A stretch of 64,000 nucleotides of DNA from an uncultured Microthrixaceae bacterium (GTDB lineage Bacteria > Actinomycetota > Acidimicrobiia > Acidimicrobiales > DATDAH01), in contig CAZYPY010000007.1 in NCBI GenBank assembly GCA_964649545.1, forward strand, positions 4,698 to 68,697, read 5' to 3'. Below the pieces are notes generated by a model. The model made no database searches, was not told the origin of the DNA, and saw nothing but the letters and a program-made list of their open reading frames with translations. The translations under genes were made by a program, and so were the position numbers. Shown here piece after piece: positions 46,756 through 55,809 of the stretch (positions are counted from its first letter, which is position 1; every line of letters starts with the position of its first letter).

Positions 46756-47412
46756 TCAGCCGTCGGGGCGGGCGCGGTCGAGGGCGTCGAGCACGAGCGC
46801 GAGGCCGTGCTCGAACTCGTCGCCGAAGTCGTAGCCCGGGGCCATGACGTGCTCGGTGGCCATCTCCACGAGGTGGGGGAACTCGTCGGGCGACAGGTGG
46901 CCGACGATCTCCTCGGCGACCACACCCACGTCGTCGCCCGGGTCGAAGGGCAGGTTCCGCTCCTGCAGCGCGAAGCCGTAGAGGAACGCGTCGACCAGCG
47001 CGAAGGCGTGGGCGGCGCCGGCGACCGAGAACCCGCCGTGGCGCAGCGCGCCGATCACGGCGTCGTGGTGGCCCAGGGTGGCGGGGCCGGGCGTCGTCCG
47101 GGAGTCCAGGAGCCCGATGGCCCAGGGATGGCGCTGCAGCGCGGCCCGGGCCGAGCGGCACCGGTGGCGGAGGGCGTCACGCCAGTCGTCGGCGTCGGCG
47201 GGCACCTCGAACTCGGCCATCACCGCGTCGACCATGCCGTCGAGCAGGTCGTCCTTGTTGGCCACGTGGTGGTACAGCGACATGGCCTCGACGCCGAGCC
47301 TGGCGGCCACCTTGCGCATGCTCACCGCGGCCATGCCGTCCTCGTCGGCGAGCGCCACGGCGGCCGCGACGATCTCGTCGCGCGAGAGCGGGGGTCGGGA
47401 GCGGGGAGCCAT
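46756..47412 (-). CDS. TetR-family regulator with TetR_C domain
   Basis: LSRDEIVAAAVALAD, SMRKVAARLGVEAMSLYHHV and RHPWA. Confidence 0.93.
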   Translation of the reverse strand: MAPRSRPPLSRDEIVAAAVALADEDGMAAVSMRKVAARLGVEAMSLYHHVANKDDLLDGMVDAVMAEFEVPADADDWRDALRHRCRSARAALQRHPWAIGLLDSRTTPGPATLGHHDAVIGALRHGGFSVAGAAHAFALVDAFLYGFALQERNLPFDPGDDVGVVAEEIVGHLSPDEFPHLVEMATEHVMAPGYDFGDEFEHGLALVLDALDRARPDG

Positions 47413-47455
47413 GGACGAGGTCACCTCCGGGGGGCGGCGGGGGCCGGGTTGACCA

Positions 47456-47488
47456 CCTTACGCTGTACGGATACCTTACACCGTATGG
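47456..47488. promoter_or_regulatory. Two tandem TetR operator sites CCTTAC-N3-GTAnGG
   Basis: CCTTACGCTGTACGG (47456-47470) and CCTTACACCGTATGG (47474-47488); the second overlaps the ATG at 47485. Confidence 0.7.
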
Positions 47489-48519
47489 ACACCGCGACCG
47501 ACACCACCCCGCCCGACCACTCGACCATCCCCCGGATGCGGGCCCTGCGCCAGACCGAGTACGGCGGACCCGAGGTGCTGGCCGTCGCCGAGGTCCCCCG
47601 TCCCCGGGTGGACGCCGGCCGGGTGCTCGTGCGGGTGCGCGCCGCCGCCCTCGACCGGGGCACGATGCACCTGGTCAGCGGCACGCCGTACCTGGTCCGT
47701 CTCGTCGAGGGCGTCCGCCGGCCCAGGCACCAGATCGCCGGCCTCGACGTGGCCGGCGTGGTCGAGGTGGTCGGGGAGGGCGTGACCGGCCTGGCGCCCG
47801 GCGACGAGGTGTTCGGCACCGCTCGCGGCGCCCTCGCCGAGCTCGTCGTGGCCGACCCGGCCAAGCTCGCCCCCAAGCCGGCGGCGCTGACCTTCGCCGA
47901 GGCGGCGGCCGTGCCCGTCTCCGGTCAGACCGCGCTCGCCGCCCTCCGCGACGAGGCCGACGTGCAGCCGGGCCAGCGGGTCCTGGTGCTCGGCGCCTCG
48001 GGCGGGGTCGGCTCCTTCGCGGTGCAGCTGGCCAAGCTGCTGGGCGCCCACGTCACCGGGGTGTGCAGCGCCGGCAAGGCCGACCTGGTGCGCGATCTGG
48101 GCGCCGACGTGGTGCTCGACTACGCCACCACCGACCCCACCGACGGCGCCGAGCGCTACGACGTGGTGGTCGACATCGGCGGCAGCCGCCGGCTGCGCGA
48201 GCTGCGGCGCGCGCTCACCCCGACGGGCACGCTCGTGATGGTCGGCGCCGAGGGCGGCGGCCGCTGGTTCGGCGGCCTCGACCGGCAGCTGAGGGCGGTG
48301 CTGTGGTCGCCGTTCCTGCGCCAGCGGCTGCGGATGCTCGTGGCGCCCGAGCGCCGCGAGGGCCTCGAGGCGCTCGCCGGCCACCTGGAGTCGGGTGCCG
48401 TCGCGCCGGCAGTCGACTCGGTGGTCGACCTGGCGGCGGCGCCGGCCGCGCTGGCCCGGCTGGACGCGGGTGAGGTGCGCGGCAAGGTCGTGGTCGCCGT
48501 CGGCGCCGAGGAGGGCTGA
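47485..48519 (+). CDS. Zinc-independent MDR / quinone-reductase-like NAD(P)-dependent oxidoreductase
   Basis: YGGPEVL, GLDVAGVV, VLGASGGVGSFAVQLAK and GKVVV; no catalytic zinc Cys motif. Confidence 0.9.
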   Translation: MDTATDTTPPDHSTIPRMRALRQTEYGGPEVLAVAEVPRPRVDAGRVLVRVRAAALDRGTMHLVSGTPYLVRLVEGVRRPRHQIAGLDVAGVVEVVGEGVTGLAPGDEVFGTARGALAELVVADPAKLAPKPAALTFAEAAAVPVSGQTALAALRDEADVQPGQRVLVLGASGGVGSFAVQLAKLLGAHVTGVCSAGKADLVRDLGADVVLDYATTDPTDGAERYDVVVDIGGSRRLRELRRALTPTGTLVMVGAEGGGRWFGGLDRQLRAVLWSPFLRQRLRMLVAPERREGLEALAGHLESGAVAPAVDSVVDLAAAPAALARLDAGEVRGKVVVAVGAEEG

Positions 48520-48608
48520 GGCGTGCGGCGCGGCAGGCGCGAGTGGCGCGACGGCGAGCGCCGCCGCGCCGAGTCCGCCTGACGCTTCTTTGTTCACTCA
48601 GTAGCGAT

Positions 48609-48630
48609 TGACTCAATCAGTATCGAGTCG
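48609..48630. promoter_or_regulatory. Putative ArsR operator upstream of the ArsR-ArsC fusion
   Basis: Imperfect 9-4-9 palindrome TGACTCAAT-CAGT-ATCGAGTCG, followed by a TAGGCT -10 element. Confidence 0.55.
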
Positions 48631-48644
48631 CTAGGCTCCCCGGC

Positions 48645-49307
48645 GTGACCGAGGAGCAGCGCGAGCGGGCCCGCCGTCACGCGGCGCTGGGCGACCCGGT
48701 CCGGTTGGCGATCGTGGACGAGCTCGCCGTGTCCGACCGGGCGCCGGTGGAGCTGCGCCGGCGGCTCGGGCTCGAGTCGAACCTCCTCGCCCACCACCTC
48801 GACGTGCTGGAGGCGGCGGGCCTGGTGGTGCGGGCCCGGTCGAGCGGCGACGGGCGCCGCCGCTACGTGTCGCTGCGCGCCGACGCCCGCGACGGCTTCG
48901 GGCCGCGTCCCGTCCCCGCCACGGGGCCGGCGCTGTTCATCTGCTCGGCCAACTCGGCGCGCTCGCCGCTCGCCGCCGCCCTCTGGTCGGCGCGCACCGG
49001 TGGGCCCGCGGCGTCCGCTGGCACCCACCCGGCCCCCACGGTGCACCCGGGGGCGGTCGCCGCCGCCGGTCGGGCGGGGGTCGACCTCCGGGGGGTGGCC
49101 CCCCGGGCGCTCGACGAGGTCGGGCCCTGGCCCGCGGTCGTCGTGACCGTCTGCGACCGGGCCCACGAGGAGCTCGCCGGCCACGACGGCCTCGCCCGGT
49201 CATGGCACTGGTCGGTGCCCGACCCCGTCGCGGACGGGTCCGACGGCGCGTTCGACCGTGCCGTCGCCGAGCTGTGCCGCCGCATCGACCTGCTGGTGGC
49301 GGCGTGA
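48645..49307 (+). CDS. ArsR-type HTH fused to LMW-PTP/arsenate reductase domain
   Basis: ALGDPVRLAIV...AHHLDVLE HTH, then FICSANSARS (CX5R), VTVCD and WSVPDP. Confidence 0.85.
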   Translation: MTEEQRERARRHAALGDPVRLAIVDELAVSDRAPVELRRRLGLESNLLAHHLDVLEAAGLVVRARSSGDGRRRYVSLRADARDGFGPRPVPATGPALFICSANSARSPLAAALWSARTGGPAASAGTHPAPTVHPGAVAAAGRAGVDLRGVAPRALDEVGPWPAVVVTVCDRAHEELAGHDGLARSWHWSVPDPVADGSDGAFDRAVAELCRRIDLLVAA

Positions 49308-50068
49308 GCGACCCGGAGCCGGCCGCGCCCGAGCGGATCGGCCCGGACGACGCGACCCTCACCGTCGAGGTCGAGACCGGGACGGGGGCGCTGCGCCTGG
49401 ACCTGTCCCGTCGCCTGGCCGCCGAAGCCCTCGGCAGCGGGCTGCTCGTGCTCGCCGTGGTCGGGTCCGGCATCGCCGCCAGCCGGCTGTCCGCCGGCGA
49501 CGTGGGCCTCCAGCTCCTCGAGAACGCCGCGGCCACCGCCGGTGCGCTGGTCGGGTTGATCCTGATGTTCGGCGCGGTGTCCGGCGCCCACTTCAACCCG
49601 GTGGTCACGCTGCTCGACCGCTGCCTCGGGACCACGTCCACCCGGGACACCGCCGGCTACGTCGCCGCCCAGGTCGTCGGCGGGTGCCTCGGGGCGGTGC
49701 TCGCCAACGTGCTGTTCGAGCTGCCGGCGGTCGAGCTGTCGACCACCGATCGCTCCTCGGCCGCGCTGTGGCTGTCCGAGGTCGTGGCCACGGTCACCCT
49801 CCTGCTGCTCATCCAGGGCTGCGTGCGCTCGGGCCGCGCGCACGTCGTCCCCTTCGCGGTGGCGGCGTGGATCGGCGGCGCCTACTGGTTCACCTCCTCG
49901 ACCAGCTTCGCCAACCCGGCCGTGACCATCGCCCGCACCCTCTCCGACACCTTCGCCGGCATCGCCCCGTCGTCCGCCCCGGCCTTCGTCGTCGCCCAGC
50001 TCGTCGGGTGCGCGCTGGCCGTCCTCCTCGTCCGCTTCTTCTACCCCCACCCCGAGGTGACCCCGTGA
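49304..50068 (+). CDS. MIP/aquaporin family channel (arsenic-associated, AqpS-like)
   Basis: SGAHFNPVVT and FTSSTSFANPAVTIAR. Confidence 0.9.
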   Translation: MSDPEPAAPERIGPDDATLTVEVETGTGALRLDLSRRLAAEALGSGLLVLAVVGSGIAASRLSAGDVGLQLLENAAATAGALVGLILMFGAVSGAHFNPVVTLLDRCLGTTSTRDTAGYVAAQVVGGCLGAVLANVLFELPAVELSTTDRSSAALWLSEVVATVTLLLLIQGCVRSGRAHVVPFAVAAWIGGAYWFTSSTSFANPAVTIARTLSDTFAGIAPSSAPAFVVAQLVGCALAVLLVRFFYPHPEVTP

Positions 50069-50715
50069 CCGACCTCCGCGACCTCCCCCTCGACCAGCGC
50101 CAGCTCGTGGCCAAGGTGGTCACCCACCTCGGCCCGGAGTTCGAGGGCACGTTCGGGCGCGAGACCATCGAGCGCTTCGTCGTGGACTCCCTGGAGCAGC
50201 TCGCCCCCCGGGCCAAGGTGGCGACGTACCTCCCCGTGCTCGCGGAGAAGTTCGCCAAGGAGCGCCTCCGGGCGCTGGCCCGCGTCGAGGGGTTGGCCGG
50301 GGCGACGGTCCCGGGCGTGCTGTTCCTGTGCGTGCACAACGCCGGCCGTTCGCAGATGGCCGCGGGCTGGCTCCGCCACCTCGGCGGTGACGGGGTGGTG
50401 GTCTGGTCGGGCGGCTCGGAGCCGACGACCGAGATCAACCCGGCGGCCGTGGCGGCCATGGCCGAGGTCGGCATCGACATCGCCCAGGAGTTCCCCAAGC
50501 CGTGGACCGAGGAGATCGTGCGGGCCGCCGACGTGGTCGTCACCATGGGCTGCGGCGACGCCTGCCCGCTGTACCCCGGCAAGCGCTACGAGGACTGGGA
50601 GCTGGCCGATCCGGCCGGCGAGGGCATCGAGTTCGTGCGGGTCGTGCGCGACGACATCAAGGACCGTGTCGAGCGCCTCATGACCTCGCTCGGCGTCGAG
50701 CCCGTCAGCGGCTGA
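50065..50715 (+). CDS. arsC: Arsenate reductase, LMW-PTP fold, with N-terminal helical extension
   Basis: LFLCVHNAGRSQMA, TMGCGDACP and WELADP; about 80-aa N-terminal extension. Confidence 0.92.
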   Translation: MTDLRDLPLDQRQLVAKVVTHLGPEFEGTFGRETIERFVVDSLEQLAPRAKVATYLPVLAEKFAKERLRALARVEGLAGATVPGVLFLCVHNAGRSQMAAGWLRHLGGDGVVVWSGGSEPTTEINPAAVAAMAEVGIDIAQEFPKPWTEEIVRAADVVVTMGCGDACPLYPGKRYEDWELADPAGEGIEFVRVVRDDIKDRVERLMTSLGVEPVSG

Positions 50716-51046
50716 GGGCGGCCGTCGGCGCGAGGGCGTCGCGCAGGGCGCCGAGGCGCTCCGGCACGATCCGGTACCACGCCCACTTCCCCCGCTTCTC
50801 GCGGGTCAGCAGGCCGGCGTCGACGAGCAGCGAGAGGTGGTGGGACACGGTCGGCTGCGAGCGGCCCACCGGCTCGACCAGGTCGCAGGCGCAGGCCTCG
50901 CCGTCGGACGCCGCGGCCACGAGCGAGAGGAGCCGGAGCCGGGCCGGGTCGGCCAGCACCTTCAGCAGGCCCGCGAGCTCCTCGGCCTGCTGCTCGTCGA
51001 GGACGCCGGCGGTGAGCGGGGCGCAGCACAGCTCGACGGGGTCCAT
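50705..51046 (-). CDS. arsR: ArsR-family repressor with N-terminal CC and CxC
   Basis: ELCCAPL, LADPARLRL, EACACDL and SHHLSLL. Confidence 0.9.
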   Translation of the reverse strand: MDPVELCCAPLTAGVLDEQQAEELAGLLKVLADPARLRLLSLVAAASDGEACACDLVEPVGRSQPTVSHHLSLLVDAGLLTREKRGKWAWYRIVPERLGALRDALAPTAALSR

Positions 51047-51090
51047 GGTCCGCTCCTCGGCAGGGGGGTGACGACGGTCAGGAAAAACGT

Positions 51091-51142
51091 ATTGACAATC
51101 ATCGATGTGTCGATAGGATCGTCACATCGACCGATATCGATG
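51091..51142. promoter_or_regulatory. Two ArsR operator-like palindromes between divergent arsR and arsI
   Basis: ATTGA-CAATCA-TCGAT (51091-51106) and CATCGA-CCGATA-TCGATG (51125-51142). Confidence 0.65.
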
Positions 51143-51160
51143 AGTCTACCCGGAGGAACC

Positions 51161-51646
51161 ATGTCCCGTCTGCAGCTCGCCCTCAACGTCACCGACCTCG
51201 ACGCCGCCATCGGCTTCTACTCGAAGCTGTTCGCCACCGAGCCCGCCAAGGTGAAGCCCGGCTACGCCAACTGGGAGATCGCCGACCCGCCGCTCAAGCT
51301 GGTCGTGTTCGAGGCCCCCGAGGGTGGGACCCTCAACCACCTGGGTGTAGAGACCGAGACCGCGGCCGAGGTCGCCGCTGCCGAGGCCCGCCTGGCCGAC
51401 ACGGGCCTCGAGACCACCGGGGTCGACGACACCACCTGCTGCTACGCCACCAAGGTCGAGACCTGGGTCACCGACCCCGACGGCGCCCGCTGGGAGTGGT
51501 ACGTCAAGACCGGCGATGCCGAGCAGCTCGCCCCCGGGTCACTCGAGGACCTCACCGATGGCGACGGCGGCGTGTGCTGCGCCCCGGTGGTCGAGAAGCT
51601 CGCCGTCGGCGCGACGCCCGTCACCGCCGAGTCGGGCTGCTGCTGA
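51161..51646 (+). CDS. arsI: ArsI/CadI-family VOC metalloenzyme (C-As lyase-like)
   Basis: RLQLALNV, KPGYAN, LNHLGVE, TCCYA and WVTDPDGARWEWY; two extra CC pairs in the tail. Confidence 0.88.
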   Translation: MSRLQLALNVTDLDAAIGFYSKLFATEPAKVKPGYANWEIADPPLKLVVFEAPEGGTLNHLGVETETAAEVAAAEARLADTGLETTGVDDTTCCYATKVETWVTDPDGARWEWYVKTGDAEQLAPGSLEDLTDGDGGVCCAPVVEKLAVGATPVTAESGCC

Positions 51647-51648
51647 GC

Positions 51649-52638
51649 GTGGCCACCGACGACCCGCACCGCCGGCGACAGGCGTCGCCGGCGGTGTGGA
51701 CCGCCGCCGACGTCGGTGATGAGGCCGCCTGGACCGTGGCGCTCGACGACGCCCAGCGCGCCGGGCTCGCCGATGCCGCGCGGGCCGCCGCCGCGGCCGG
51801 GCGCACCCCCGCCGACCTGACCGCCGAGGCCTTCCCGCTGCCCGGCCTGGCGCCGGCCATCGACGACTGGGTGCACGAGCTGGCCGAGGGCCGCGGCTTC
51901 CTGCGCCTGCGGGGATTCCCCATCGAGGGGCTCACCGAGGCCGAGGTCGAGCTCGCCTACCTGGGGCTCGGCACCCACCTGGGCACGCCCGTCGGCCAGA
52001 ACAAGCACGGGGACGTGCTGACCCACGTCCGTGACGAGCGCCTGCCCGACACCACCGGGGTGCGGCTCTACCGCACCAACCAGCGCCAGGACTTTCACAC
52101 CGACGGCGCCGACCTGATCGGCCTGCTCTGCCTCCGCCAGTCCCGCACCGGTGGGGAGAGCCGCATCGTCAGCACCGGTGCGGTGTTCAACGAGATCCTC
52201 GACCGGCGCCCCGACCTGCTCGAGGTGTTGCAACAGCCCTTCCCCTGGGACCGCCAGGGCGAGCACGGCCCCGGCGAGTCGCCGTGGTTCGCCCTCGCCC
52301 CGTTCGCCCAAGTCGGGGGTGAGGCACGGGTCTTCTACATCGGGTGGTACATCCGCGACTCGCAGCAGCACCCCGACGCGCCCCGGCTCACCGGAGCGCA
52401 GCAGGAGGCCATGGCCCTCATCGAGGAGATCGCCAACGACCCGGCCTTCCACGTGGCCATGGACTTCCGGCCCGGCGACGTCCAGCTGTTGAACAACGCC
52501 CGCATCCTGCACTCGCGCGAGGCCTACGAGGACGCCGACGACCCCGCCGAGCGCCGGCACCTCCTGCGCCTCTGGCTGGCCGCCCACCGCTTCACCGCGG
52601 TCGACGACCTCCTGCGGGCGGGCATCCCGGCGAGCTGA
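51649..52638 (+). CDS. TauD/TfdA-family Fe(II)/2OG dioxygenase
   Basis: GRGFLRLRG, FHTDGAD (HxD), NNARILHSR and RHLLRLWL. Confidence 0.88.
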   Translation: MATDDPHRRRQASPAVWTAADVGDEAAWTVALDDAQRAGLADAARAAAAAGRTPADLTAEAFPLPGLAPAIDDWVHELAEGRGFLRLRGFPIEGLTEAEVELAYLGLGTHLGTPVGQNKHGDVLTHVRDERLPDTTGVRLYRTNQRQDFHTDGADLIGLLCLRQSRTGGESRIVSTGAVFNEILDRRPDLLEVLQQPFPWDRQGEHGPGESPWFALAPFAQVGGEARVFYIGWYIRDSQQHPDAPRLTGAQQEAMALIEEIANDPAFHVAMDFRPGDVQLLNNARILHSREAYEDADDPAERRHLLRLWLAAHRFTAVDDLLRAGIPAS

Positions 52639-52650
52639 CCCACCGCCGGC

Positions 52651-53586
52651 TCAGCCGGCCCAGGGCGGGCCCGGGACGTCGATGCGGTCGAGCGGGGAGG
52701 CCACGGTGCCGAACCGCTCGTCGCCGGCGGTCCAGTCCCGGTGGGCGGCCACGACCTCGTCGCGGGTGCGGGCCACGTAGTTCCACCACATCACGAGGTC
52801 GTCGGGGAAGGGCGTGCCGCCGAGGAGGAGCACCCGGGCCCCGTCCCGGGCGTCGAGCGCCACCTCGTCGCGGCCGGCGCCGAGCACGCCGGCGTGCCCC
52901 GGTGCGAGCGCCCGTCCGTCGACCGCGATCGGGCCGTCGAGCGCGATCAGCGCGTGCTCGGCGGTCGCCGCGAGCGGGACGACGGTGCGACCGGGGCGCA
53001 GGTCGAGGTCGGCGCCGAGGTGGTCGGTGTCGGCGCGGGCGGGTGAGGTGGCGCCGGCGACGGTGCCGACCAGCACGGTGGCGGTGGCGCCCGCACCCAG
53101 CTCGACCTGCGGGAGCTCGGCGTGGTGCTCGAAGGCCGGGGGCCCGTCCCGGGTGGCCTCGGGCAGCGCGACCCACAGCTGGATGCCGTGCACCGTGCCG
53201 GTGTGCACGCCCGTGGTCTCCTCCGAGTGCGAGACCCCGCGGCCGGCGGTCATCAGGTTGAGCTGGCCGGGCCGGATCAGCTGCTCCGAGCCGAGGCTGT
53301 CGCGGTGCAGCACCGCACCGTCGAGCAGCCAGGTGACGGTCTGCAGCCCGATGTGTGGGTGGGGCCCGATGTCGAGCCCCGCGCCCGGGGCCACCGATCC
53401 GGGGCCCATGTGGTCGGCGAAGCACCAGGCACCCACGGTCCGCCGGGCACGCCGGGGGAGCACACGGCGCACGGCGAACCCGCCGACCTCCGCGGCCCGC
53501 CCCTCGACGACCTCGAGCGGGGCGACCGGTGCATCCTCGTGCTCGGGGACCGGTTCGACGTCACGTTCGGAGAGGGGGCCGCTCAT
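52651..53586 (-). CDS. Pirin family protein
   Basis: GPHPHIGLQTVTW, MTAGRGVSHSE and QLWVALP. Confidence 0.93.
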   Translation of the reverse strand: MSGPLSERDVEPVPEHEDAPVAPLEVVEGRAAEVGGFAVRRVLPRRARRTVGAWCFADHMGPGSVAPGAGLDIGPHPHIGLQTVTWLLDGAVLHRDSLGSEQLIRPGQLNLMTAGRGVSHSEETTGVHTGTVHGIQLWVALPEATRDGPPAFEHHAELPQVELGAGATATVLVGTVAGATSPARADTDHLGADLDLRPGRTVVPLAATAEHALIALDGPIAVDGRALAPGHAGVLGAGRDEVALDARDGARVLLLGGTPFPDDLVMWWNYVARTRDEVVAAHRDWTAGDERFGTVASPLDRIDVPGPPWAG

Positions 53587-53693
53587 GGGTCGGTTCTATC
53601 GGGGTTGCGCCGGTGTCGCGACGGGAAGGGAACACGGGTGGGCGCCCGCACGTTCACCCGAGCAGCAACCCCACCCGACCGGAGGAGCGACCC

Positions 53694-54008
53694 ATGATCG
53701 AGGACACGAACGGCGTGGTGGACGACCGGGACGCCCACCGCCTCCGCTACGTGGAGGGCGGTCACGAGGCCGAGCTGGTGTACCGGGCCGGCGGCGGCGA
53801 GCTGATCCTCATCCACACCGGCGTCCCCGACGAGCTGGGCGGCCGGGGCATCGGCGGGCAGCTCGTGCAGGCGGCGGTCGACCGCGCCCGCGAGACGGGG
53901 GAGACCCTCGTCCCCTGGTGCCCCTACGCCCGGTCCTGGATGGAGAAGCACCCCGACGCCCTCGCCGGCGTCACGGTGGACTGGCGCCCGCCGCCCGTGT
54001 CGGACTGA
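53694..54008 (+). CDS. Small GNAT-family protein (YjdJ-like)
   Basis: HTGVPDELGGRGIG and PWCPYA. Confidence 0.85.
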   Translation: MIEDTNGVVDDRDAHRLRYVEGGHEAELVYRAGGGELILIHTGVPDELGGRGIGGQLVQAAVDRARETGETLVPWCPYARSWMEKHPDALAGVTVDWRPPPVSD

Positions 54009-54095
54009 GGCGGACCGGGGGGCGGTCGCTGCGCCGCCGCGCCGCCGCGATCCGAGCGGGACGCCACGGCCCCGCTCGTCGCGGCCCGGTCGGTG

Positions 54096-54323
54096 TCAGC
54101 TGGGGTAGCAGGCGCACCCGCCGCCGCACGGGCCGGCGGGCGGGCCGGCGCTGGGCGACGGGCCCGAGGCGGTGGCGGAGCCCACCGAGGCGAACACGCT
54201 CAGCAGGCGGGTGGTGTCGTCGTGGCCGGCCGGGCACGACGCCGGGGCGTCGGACTCGGCCATCGACCGGCGGAGCTCGAACGTGTCCCCGCAGGCGCGG
54301 CAGCGGTACTCGTAGGTCGGCAT
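54096..54323 (-). CDS. FmdB-family zinc-ribbon protein
   Basis: MPTYEYRCRAC...CPAGH and C-terminal CGGGCAC. Confidence 0.88.
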   Translation of the reverse strand: MPTYEYRCRACGDTFELRRSMAESDAPASCPAGHDDTTRLLSVFASVGSATASGPSPSAGPPAGPCGGGCACYPS

Positions 54324-54333
54324 CGACACGATG

Positions 54334-55809
54334 CTACCGAGGCGCCTCCAGTCGGGTCACCGCGCCGGTGTGGCCGTCGACCCGGACGAGGTCGCCGGTG
54401 CGCAACTTCTCCGTCGCCTCGGCGGTCCCGACGACGGCCGGGATGCCGAACTCGCGCGCGACCACCGAGGTGTGCGAGAAGGGCGAGCCGCCGTCGGTCA
54501 CCACCGCGGCGGCGAGGGCGAACAGGGGTGTCCACGCCGGCGCGGTGAGGGGGGCGACCAGGACCTCGCCAGGGGCGAACTGAGCGAACTCGTCGAGTCC
54601 GAGCACCACGCGAACGGGGCCCTCGGCGGCGCCGGCGCTCGTGGGCACGCCCTGCACCACCGGCGTGATGCCGGGTGCGAGCGGGTCGCGGAGGAGGTCG
54701 ACGACCTTCGCCTCCTGCTTCCAGGGCCCGGCGACGGGCCCGAGCGAGAGCGGCACGGCCAGCTGCCGCTGCGCGTCGCGGCGGGCCCGGCGCTCGACGA
54801 CCACGTCGGCCCGTGGCCGGTCGTCGCCGGCGAGCGCCGCGAGGATCTCGTCCCGCTCGAGGAAGAAGGCGTCGGCCGCGTGCGCCACCACCCCGGCGGC
54901 GGTGAGCCGTTCGCCGATGGCCGCCATGGCGGCCCGAAGCGCCGGCCACGCGATGGTGAGGCCGCTCGCGAGGGCGTCGCGGTCGACGATGGCCCCACGC
55001 GCGAGGACGAGCAGCTCGTCGAAGCGAGCCCGCTTCGAGGTCGGGAGGAGGGCGCGGCATCGTTCGGCCTCCGCATCGGCCTCGGCCCGGAGGTGCGCGT
55101 GTCGCTCTGCCGCCGTCACCGGATCGCCGGCCGGTCCGGCCTCGTGCTCCCCGAACGTGGGCTCGATCCAGTCGAGCGACACCACGTCGTGGTCCTGGGG
55201 CGCCGACGGGTCGACCACACCGGCGAGCAGGACCAGGTGCGAGGCCGACTCGCCGTCGGGAAGGTGGGTGCGGAGGTACCGGGCGAGGGCGTACTCCGCC
55301 TTGCTCGCGAAGCCGACGGTGGTGACGATCGTGAGGAGCACGGCACCGGACGCGCGTCCGAGGCGCTCGACGGCGCCGGCGGGGTCGGCGGTCACCGCGT
55401 CGTCGGCGGTGCCCACCGCGGCCTCGAGCGCCGGCCGCACGACCGTCTCGTGGTAGCGCCGGCCCGGCAGGGCGAGCACGTCGCGCGCCCGCTCGGGCCT
55501 GGTCGCGAAGGTCGCGAGGGCCACGCCCTGGGCGAGCAGCGAGCGAGGGTGGCGAGCCAGCGTGCGCACGAGGCCGTCCACCTCGCCCTCGTTGGTGAAG
55601 TACCAGCCGTTGACGGTCACGTGCAGCCGCTCGCCGAGCCGGAAGTGGAACAGCTCCTCGCACGCGGCCCGGTAGCCGTCCTCGAGCAATGGCAGGAGCC
55701 ACGTCTCGAACGACGGGGACATCGGGGCCGGGAGCCACTCGGCGACGCGGAAGTCACGCCGCCAGTGGCCGGGCGCCGGTGCCTCCCACGGGTCAGGGAC
55801 GAAGGTCAT
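54334..55809 (-). CDS. PEP-utilising phospho-His swivel domain protein lacking ATP-grasp domain
   Basis: C-terminal GEVLVAPLTAPAWTP...GGSPFSHTSVVAREFGIPAVVG...VDGHTG, preceded by about 370 aa of helical region; no PEP/pyruvate-binding ATP-grasp motifs. Confidence 0.82.
   Translation of the reverse strand: MTFVPDPWEAPAPGHWRRDFRVAEWLPAPMSPSFETWLLPLLEDGYRAACEELFHFRLGERLHVTVNGWYFTNEGEVDGLVRTLARHPRSLLAQGVALATFATRPERARDVLALPGRRYHETVVRPALEAAVGTADDAVTADPAGAVERLGRASGAVLLTIVTTVGFASKAEYALARYLRTHLPDGESASHLVLLAGVVDPSAPQDHDVVSLDWIEPTFGEHEAGPAGDPVTAAERHAHLRAEADAEAERCRALLPTSKRARFDELLVLARGAIVDRDALASGLTIAWPALRAAMAAIGERLTAAGVVAHAADAFFLERDEILAALAGDDRPRADVVVERRARRDAQRQLAVPLSLGPVAGPWKQEAKVVDLLRDPLAPGITPVVQGVPTSAGAAEGPVRVVLGLDEFAQFAPGEVLVAPLTAPAWTPLFALAAAVVTDGGSPFSHTSVVAREFGIPAVVGTAEATEKLRTGDLVRVDGHTGAVTRLEAPR

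Noticed and set aside
54334-55809. PEP synthase or rifampicin phosphotransferase
   Set aside because: The ATP-grasp domain is missing, so neither full enzyme can be claimed.
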